A DNA stretch of 64,000 nucleotides from Candidatus Marinacidobacterales bacterium (GTDB lineage: Bacteria > Acidobacteriota > Vicinamibacteria > Marinacidobacterales > SMYC01): contig OZ250169.1 of the NCBI GenBank assembly GCA_965237955.1, forward strand, positions 2,816,001-2,880,000, read 5' to 3'. The notes under the pieces are model-generated. The model saw only the letters and a list, made by a program, of their open reading frames with translations. It was not told the DNA's origin and searched no databases. The position numbers and the translations under genes are program-made. Position 1 is the first letter of the stretch; every line of letters starts with the position of its first letter. Below, one piece after another: positions 56,917 to 64,000 of the stretch.

Positions 56917-58030
56917 GCCTCCAGCGCCCACTCCGTGAATCGGCTCGGTTAGCAGCAAGCTGCTCTCCGACACTGGCCTCCACCAATCAGCCTCAAACTG
57001 GCCCAAATTCCCTGTCATGGTTTCCAGACTCGGATAGCTCCTTGTACTGGACCGTCTGCGGAGTCATCTTCGTTTCCTCCATAAAACTCCGCTGGATGAA
57101 TTCGAGGTTTGGCCAATTCGAATTCCGCTATTCGCCTTCTCCTCAGGCGCGATCTAGGCGTTGAGCTTCTTCTCATTGTCTGCACGATTAAGCGCAAAAA
57201 CGTCCCGATAAGCCCCAAAATCGCCCCAAACTGCACGTTAATGGCCTGTTGTGCTCTGTTTCTGATCGTTTCCAGCCACGAACCGGAAGCTCCACTCGAG
57301 CCTCCCGACTGCGATAGCCGGAAAGATGTTCCCGTCGACGAACATTCGCTGATGAGACGTAAAGCCTTTTGCGGCAATGAGTAACGGTCGGAGCCGCCTC
57401 CGGAGGGTTTACGACACGGCCCTCTTTCAAGCGTCCAGGAGGTTGAGATTGCCGTACAAGACATTTGATTGAAGCAAATTCGATTCCGGCTCGGAACGAG
57501 CACCCGTCGATGAGATGTGCGGGGACCAGCACGTGGTTGCTTCCGTTAAGTCACTGTAAAAAAACAGGATAGAACGCTGTGGGCATCAGGGCTTCTCTGA
57601 GTTTTCGCTACATTGCCCCAACCACGCGCACGGCCAAAATTCGATCCTGACTCCCAAAATTGCCAAAATACCTTTTGCCGAGACCGGATGGCTCGAGACT
57701 GCACCATCCGCCACCCCGTCCTGTGCCAAAACTCGGCCCTTTTGAAATAGACCGCAAATCAGCAGCTTAGACGCCCTTGGAATCCGCGCAGAATCCAGGG
57801 TATTTCGCGCCGCAGGGCTGACTTCCGACCCATGGGCTGGCGGATGAATAAATAGAAGGCACACCCAACTCGGCGTCTTCTTGTTGCCCGCGAATGTCGG
57901 ACCCCAACGGGGAGTGGATGAAGCAGGTGGCAAGAAACCTCACGGACATGTGGGATGGTTTCCTAGTTGCTGATTAATGGCCTATTTCAAATGGGCCGAG
58001 TTTTGGCACAGGACGGGGGCGGACATCGTC

Positions 58031-59170
58031 ATGAACACCCAGGACACCTTTGCACGCATCCTGGCGTCGTTGTACGACGCCATGCTCGACGAGAGCCGCT
58101 GGCCGCCGGCCACCTCGGCCCTGATCGACGAGGCCTGCGGCCTGACAGGCAATGGCCTCATGGTCGGTGAAGGCCCGAAGAACGACGTCCGGGGGCTCTT
58201 CGTCGGGCTTTACTATCGGGGGCAGCGCCGCGAAGACCTGGAGCGCGAGTACCTCAAAACCTACCATCCCATCGACGAACGGGTGCCGCGCTTCCGGCAA
58301 CTGCCGGCCCGGCGCCTGGTGCACATCACCAACCTGTACACGGCCGAGGAGTTGAAGACCTCACCGACCTACAACGAGATCCTGCGCCGGGCCGGGATGC
58401 AGGACGGCCTGAACGTCCGGCTCCCCGGGCTGGACGGCTCCCACATCGGCTGGGGCCTGAACGATCCCGTCGACTCGGAGGGCTGGGGGCCGTCGCGGAT
58501 CGCGATGGTCCAGCGGCTGCTGCCCCATATCCAGCAGTTCGTCCGCGTCCGGCAGGCGCTGGTCCGCGCCGAGGCGCGGACCACGACCGTGACCGCCCTG
58601 CTCGACAACCCGCGGATCGGCCTCCTCGAACTGGACCGGCGCGGGCGGATCCTGGCGGCGAACGACCGCGCCCACACCATCCTGCGGCACGGCGATGGGT
58701 TGGTGGACCGGGACGGGATGCTGCGCGCCCGCGCGCCGGCCGACCAGGTCCGTCTCGAACGGCTGGTGGGCGACGCGCTGCCGGCCGCTGGCGCGGTCGC
58801 GGTCAGTGGGTCGATCGTGCTCCGCCGCTCGGCCGTGGTGCCGCCGTTCGTGGTGCACGTCAAGCCGGTGGGCGTCCCGCACCCGGACCACGGTGCGCGG
58901 CACGTGGCCGCGCTCGTGCTGATTGTCGAGCCGGGGCGCCAGCATCGCATCAATCCCGACCTGGTGGCCACGACCCTGGACCTGACGCCGGCGGAGACGC
59001 AGGTGGCGGTCTGGTTGGCGGAAGGCAAAAGCGTGCGCGACATGGCCGAGGCGACGGGGCATACGGACGCCGCCATCTACTGGCACCTGCAGCGGATCTA
59101 CCAGAAGCACTCCCTCTCGCGGCAGGCGGACCTGGTGCGGTTGGTGCTGTCGCTCGCCGAGATCGGATGA
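58031..59170 (+). CDS. LuxR-type C-terminal HTH transcriptional regulator with PAS-like central region
   Basis: LYDA.LD..RW start, LLDN..IG.LELD..GRIL.AN, LTPAE.QVA..LAEG.S...A...RQADLV. Confidence 0.85.
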   Translation: MNTQDTFARILASLYDAMLDESRWPPATSALIDEACGLTGNGLMVGEGPKNDVRGLFVGLYYRGQRREDLEREYLKTYHPIDERVPRFRQLPARRLVHITNLYTAEELKTSPTYNEILRRAGMQDGLNVRLPGLDGSHIGWGLNDPVDSEGWGPSRIAMVQRLLPHIQQFVRVRQALVRAEARTTTVTALLDNPRIGLLELDRRGRILAANDRAHTILRHGDGLVDRDGMLRARAPADQVRLERLVGDALPAAGAVAVSGSIVLRRSAVVPPFVVHVKPVGVPHPDHGARHVAALVLIVEPGRQHRINPDLVATTLDLTPAETQVAVWLAEGKSVRDMAEATGHTDAAIYWHLQRIYQKHSLSRQADLVRLVLSLAEIG

Positions 59171-60310
59171 GGGCGGCGCGGGCGTGATCCGCGCGGGTGC
59201 GGTAGACGTTGACGGCCTCGACGCCCTCGGCCTGCCGCGCGTCGCGCTGCGCGTGGCCCGGCCAACCGGCGGCAGGCGCCCGGCCCGAGTGCGGCACACC
59301 CTTGAATCACACGGCGCGCGCGCGCCCACCGGTGCCGGGTGCGGTCGGCCAGCTCGGCCCCGTGGCGGCACTGGTCGGCGTGTGTGGCGGCATGGGTCGC
59401 CACCGTGTCCCATGCCTCGGCCGCGGGCGCGGTTCGCGGTCGCGGCGTCGGTCGCGGCGTCAGCGACCTGGGCGGCGCGCGCGTGGTGCGCCGCGGCGGT
59501 GCGTGCCTCGTCCGCTTTCACGGCGCGGGCGCGCATCAGGTCGAGCGCCTTGCTCGCCTTGGTGCTCAGCGCGCTGGCGGTGGTGATTGTCTTCGGCATC
59601 GGCTGTGGTGTCCTTTCTGCGCGGGGGCTCGTCGGGGATTCCGTCCTGGCCGCCGATGAGGTCGATGAGCGCGGTCCTGTGCCGGCGTCGCCGGTCCTTG
59701 ATGGCGATCAGGTGCTGCTCCCGCTGGTCCATCCGCGCGATCGCCCGATCGAACAAAGGGAGCGCCGTCGTCAGCTCGGGCGATGGCGTCGTCGTCGTCC
59801 TGTGCCAAAACTCGGCCCTCTTGAAATAGACCACAAATCAGCAGCTTAGTGTCTGTGTTTGCGACCGGACCAAGGGCCGTAGGCTTTACAATCGTCTGGC
59901 CCGAGGGTGTTATCTTCAGATCCATGATGACGTACCACGTGCAATTCCTCGTCCTGTGCCAAAACTCGGCCCTTTTGAAATAGCCGATTAATCAACAGCT
60001 TCGTGTCTGTGTTTGCGACTGGGCCAAGGACTGTAGACTCTACAATCGTCTTGGGCGGGCAGGTCATCACCATGCAGATGACCACCTAGTCGAGAGCGAA
60101 TATCGAAGCGTGTTCCTGAAGCGGTTTCCACGCTACGCTGAGCGGGCCCACCGAGGGGCTACCGTCGCCAGCAACCATCTACGCGGCACGGCAGTTGTAC
60201 TTGAGAATGCCCGTCGTGTCCAAAAACACGAACGCACTCACCACCTCGGACCTTTGGGAGGTGCAAACTGCTGACCCGCTGGGCGTTCGAGTATTTGGAC
60301 CAGACGGCAT

Positions 60311-61486
60311 CTATTCGTCGGTCTGCCCGCGGCCAGCCTGTCTGTCCAGACCGAGGACATCCAGCGTCTCATTCAGATCAGAAGCGACCTGACTTGGACG
60401 ACTACGCGCAAGAACGACGGACCGTTTCCAAGACAATGCTTCCTTAACGATCTCTCCAATTCGCAAGGATGACACCTCCCGCGTGCCGATCCAGCCATCA
60501 CGCACGAGGTCAGTGAAGAGAGTGTTGGTTAGGTGTCTCCCTGTGTTCTCGAAGGTGACGACCCGCCCTCCCTGAGGCCCCCGCAGTGACACATCATCGA
60601 GTATCGCTTCCACAAATTGGCGGGGCAGATACATCCCAGGCAAGAGACTTTCTGAAAGCACCTCTAACTGAACTCGCGTACAGAGCTTGAAGTAGAACCC
60701 GTCGCCGCACAAACGGTAGCTCGACGGTCCACACTCTACCTGCCAGGCGTCAGGCTCGTCGATTCGGAACTGCTGCATTTTTCTCAGTTGGCGGTCGAAT
60801 GACACATCGGGCCGATAGTGCCGTTGCTCCATGAGCTTGTACTGCACCATTGTCCAGGCATTGAACATCTCATTAAAATAGAGCAGATCAACGCCCAGCG
60901 ACTCCTCAATCCTGTGTCTGTTGACGTTAAATACCTCTAGTTGCCGGTCGTCCAGTTGAAATACTGCTCCCAAAACCGTGTGGCGAGTTCGGGTCGCACC
61001 GGCGAAAAACGAGGCGTCCTTCGCAATAACCTGATCTTCGATCGTCTGAACGGGCAGACCGCCAAGAAACGACTTCAGTCTGTCGCCCTCTGATGGCGTC
61101 CATTCCTGCAAGGCACGCTTCCGGAGGCGTCTTGATGGATCAAACGTGTCCAGGGCGAGGCCAATCGTGTCCCGCTGCTGCGCTACGATCATCACACCAG
61201 GTCGGTCAATCCGTTCGCGACTTTGGTCGCGCTGACGCTCAAGCCGCTTAAGAACCTCCAGGGATGATGGATCAATCACACCGACGGCGCGCTTCATATC
61301 ACGCCAGGTCCCCGGAGGCACCCGCCCACCCACACCCGATAGGACGCTCACGATATTCCACCGGACTCGTGAATCCATTAGTTGCTCTACCTCAGCGAGA
61401 GGAATCCTGGTGTCCGCAACGCAAGTGAACTCGAGAAGGTGCCCCCACCATAGTTGAAGGTTCGAGGTGGTGGCGGCTCCTGACAC
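60311..61486 (-). CDS. Hypothetical protein, possible PD-(D/E)XK-like nuclease
   Basis: 391-aa ORF with E..LGVDLLY.N......VQYK; start uncertain. Confidence 0.55.
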   Translation of the reverse strand: MSGAATTSNLQLWWGHLLEFTCVADTRIPLAEVEQLMDSRVRWNIVSVLSGVGGRVPPGTWRDMKRAVGVIDPSSLEVLKRLERQRDQSRERIDRPGVMIVAQQRDTIGLALDTFDPSRRLRKRALQEWTPSEGDRLKSFLGGLPVQTIEDQVIAKDASFFAGATRTRHTVLGAVFQLDDRQLEVFNVNRHRIEESLGVDLLYFNEMFNAWTMVQYKLMEQRHYRPDVSFDRQLRKMQQFRIDEPDAWQVECGPSSYRLCGDGFYFKLCTRVQLEVLSESLLPGMYLPRQFVEAILDDVSLRGPQGGRVVTFENTGRHLTNTLFTDLVRDGWIGTREVSSLRIGEIVKEALSWKRSVVLARSRPSQVASDLNETLDVLGLDRQAGRGQTDE

Positions 61487-61588
61487 ATGGTTTACCCGAC
61501 TTTGGCGTGCTTGTCGAGCGCTTGATTCTCAGTGACCTCCGCTAACTTCGCTTCGAGGATCGGTAGCGATTGGTATCCAATGATACGA

Positions 61589-61702
61589 TGCCTTGGTGCA
61601 TAACTCTGGACAACTCTAAAGGAATCAGCAGGTTACGTTTTTGGTGCAAAAATAGCAGAGTCAATGGAATCAATGACTTACCTGTATTTATGCACCAAGG
61701 CA
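61589..61702. mobile_element. 114-bp MITE with IS5 type 1 ends, second copy
   Basis: Reverse complement of 38708-38821. Confidence 0.88.
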
Positions 61703-62046
61703 CTCTATTCCTGGAATCCATCTTATCTTGCCGAAAATGGATCCCCGTCCTGTGCCAAAACTCGGCCCTTTTGAAATAGGCCATAAATCAGCAACTTAGT
61801 GTCTGTGTTTGCGACCGGGCCAAGGGCCGTGGGCTTTACAATCGTCTTGGGCGGGCGGGTCGTCACCATGCAGATGACCTCCTAGTCGAGAGCGAATATC
61901 CAAACGTGTTCCTGAAGCTGTTTCCACGCTACGCCGGTCGAGCCCGCCGAGGGGCTACCGTCGCCGGCGACAATCTACGCGGCACGGCAGTAGTAGTTGA
62001 GAATGCCCCCAAGTCGCTCTCGCGACACGATGGGGCCAGCGCGTTC

Positions 62047-63413
62047 GGATGTGTCCCGAGGTTCGTGGAAAAAGAACGGCGCCCTCCACTCCGTCATCAG
62101 GGTATCATATCAGGCGGCAGCCTCCGCGTGTTCGAGAACCTCGCTCAGACGTTGGTAGCCGTCGATGCGTCGTAGTTGAATCTGGCCAGAGGCGATAAGC
62201 CCAAACAGCAAAGCGACCGCGGACTCCTCGCTGGAGAACGACGCTTGGGTTTTCGTCCGGCGTCGAAACTCGCGGTTGAGATTCTCCAGAGCATTGGTCG
62301 TTCGAATCGATTTCCACATGGCACGAGGGAATTCGTAGAAGGTCAGCAGCTGATTACCGGCCTCCTCTAGGCTTCGGACGACGGCCGGCGCGAGAGGCGT
62401 CCACTTGGCGACGAGCTCGTCATAGGCTTTGCGAGCATCGATCCCGTTCTTGGCGTAGACGATCCGGTTGTAGTCACGCCGGAGCTCACGGCGTGCGTGC
62501 GCCGGGCAATGTTCGAGCAAGTTGGCGCGCTTGTGCTCGGTACATCGCTGCAACCGGCACCCCGGCCACTTCTCGAGCGCTTTCGTCAGCCCCTTGTGGC
62601 CGTCGCTGATCACTAGCTTGGGAGCCCGGAGTCCTCGAGCCTGGAGTCCCTCCAGCACGGAGCCCCAATGCGTCGAGGCTTCGCTCACCGCCAGACGCAA
62701 TGACAACAGACGTTTCTGCCCGTCTGGCGCGACCCCGAGCGCGACCAGTACGGGTACGCTGATCACACGTTTCGCCATCCGCACTTTCAGGTGGAAGCCG
62801 TCCAGGTAAACGATCGCGTAGACCTCCTCGCTGAGAGCACGGTTCTGCCATTCCTCGAAGCGCTCCTTCAGCCGGCTAACCACGCGAGACACCGCGCTCT
62901 TCGATAGGTGCTCCTCACCGAGCAGTGGTTTCAGCGCTTTGCGGATCCGGCGGCTATTCGCGCCCGACAAGTACGTCCCCAAGATCGCCTCGTCGACCTC
63001 ACGAGTCCGGCGCGCGTACCGGGGCAACAGCTCGCTCCTGAACTCTGTCGTTTCTCCCGTTTCCTCGTCTCGCACGCGGGCTCGTGGCACCCGGAGCTCG
63101 CGAGTTCCCACCGACGTCGTCACGCGACGGGTTTCGGCTCCGTTGCGATATCCACGGCGGTCTTCCGCACGCTCGTAGCTACCACACCCCAGCGCTTGGT
63201 TGACTTCTTCCTCGAGCACGACCTCGATCGCCTCCAGTACCCGCTTACGCAGCCGAAGTTGGACGAACTCCCGGTACTCGCTTACAGACTCCTTCGATAT
63301 GGTGGTAGGCTTCTTCATGGCGTAATCCTCCTCCTCGCCTTTACAGGCGTGGTTTGGTTTTTCTTAACCGGAGGTTACGCCATTCTTATTTCCACGGGAA
63401 TCGGGACAGATCC
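62047..63413 (-). mobile_element. IS256-family element
   Basis: Imperfect inverted repeats GGATGTGTCCCGAGGTTCGTGGAAA / TTTCCACGGGAATCGGGACAGATCC; inserted into a type A right-end remnant (61746-62046). Confidence 0.85.
62110..63318 (-). CDS. IS256-family transposase
   Basis: GYRNG, VPRAR, YLDG, ISDG..GL, QRC..H, IRTTN.LE.LNRE.RRR. Confidence 0.93.
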   Translation of the reverse strand: MKKPTTISKESVSEYREFVQLRLRKRVLEAIEVVLEEEVNQALGCGSYERAEDRRGYRNGAETRRVTTSVGTRELRVPRARVRDEETGETTEFRSELLPRYARRTREVDEAILGTYLSGANSRRIRKALKPLLGEEHLSKSAVSRVVSRLKERFEEWQNRALSEEVYAIVYLDGFHLKVRMAKRVISVPVLVALGVAPDGQKRLLSLRLAVSEASTHWGSVLEGLQARGLRAPKLVISDGHKGLTKALEKWPGCRLQRCTEHKRANLLEHCPAHARRELRRDYNRIVYAKNGIDARKAYDELVAKWTPLAPAVVRSLEEAGNQLLTFYEFPRAMWKSIRTTNALENLNREFRRRTKTQASFSSEESAVALLFGLIASGQIQLRRIDGYQRLSEVLEHAEAAA

Positions 63414-63416
63414 GCG

Positions 63417-63627
63417 CGTCCTGTCCAAAAACACAAACGAACTCAAGACTGGCGCGCCGGGACGTTTCGGATCAGAGACGTCTGAGGCTTGGTTGGCCAA
63501 TGGAAAGCTAGAATCCTAGGTCATGAGGAGGCAGAGCCAGCCCTGGACATAGTTGGTCGTCGCCATCCCTGGTTGGATCCAGCGTGACCAACAGGCCGCT
63601 ATTCGTTTGTGTTTTTGGACACGACGC
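63417..63627. mobile_element. Type B internally deleted element (~210 bp)
   Basis: Type B ends on both sides enclosing the first codons of the type B transposase. Confidence 0.8.
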
Positions 63628-63831
63628 CTGACGATGAGAGAACTGTGTCTTCAGAATTCTGGTTCAAACTCTAGCACGCAGACCGGTTAGGGGTTGGCCG
63701 CCAACACTTAATTGCGGAAGCACCAAACTGCCTGTAACCAGGATGCTTTGGTCGTCTTCATGTAGGACGTCTTTAGGGTCGGCGTCCGCTCCATCGGCTA
63801 TTTCAAAAAGGCTGAGTTTTGGCACAGGACG

Positions 63832-64000
63832 GGTTCACCACCTCGACGGTGAACAGGTCTGTCGCAGCGATGGCGCCCCAATGAGCCTTGATGAAGGTGC
63901 TCCACGACATGCACCTGCCCCGCTCCGGCGCAGGAGCGATACCGTGCTCGGCGAGGATCCTCTTGATAGTGTTGCGTCCGAGTTCATGTCCGAGGTTCTT
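63832..64000 (-). mobile_element. Type A transposase internal fragment cut by a type A end
   Basis: Reverse complement of about 49436-49605, abutting the end at 63831. Confidence 0.85.

Noticed and set aside
57680-57713. tRNA gene
   Set aside because: Only a 3'-end-like fragment; I cannot build a cloverleaf or an anticodon arm.

Overview
This is a 64-kb, mostly GC-rich bacterial region, probably Acidobacteriota. That call is an inference from an ADOP/MacB-type permease fragment, CotH proteins and carboxypeptidase-regulatory-domain TonB receptors. The window is a mosaic of 0.3-4 kb pieces joined at transposon ends. The main joints are ends of a family of integrase-core (rve/DDE) elements. I count about 24 copies of end type A (CGTCCTGTGCCAAAA), plus related types B, C and D, several MITEs, and one full-length type A element (48919-50348). 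Also present: IS5/IS903-type, IS256, IS3, IS200 and IS1-like elements or remnants, and three copies of a DUF2924 + large serine recombinase module. A type IIG restriction-modification/HNH/helicase defence locus has been broken up and scattered. The most striking locus is an intact IS110 (IS1111-type) element at 44499-45921. Its downstream non-coding region contains readable guide segments matching both its insertion site and its circle junction, as expected for a bridge/seekRNA. It abuts an 8-unit, spacer-less 48-62 bp tandem array whose unit boundaries fall at the same CA core. Apparently intact host genes include an NrtR regulator, a Yip1 protein, an NSS transporter, two CotH proteins, two TonB receptors, TlpA, CBS and LuxR proteins. 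All calls come from reading motifs by eye; no searches were run, and assembly chimerism or indel errors cannot be excluded.
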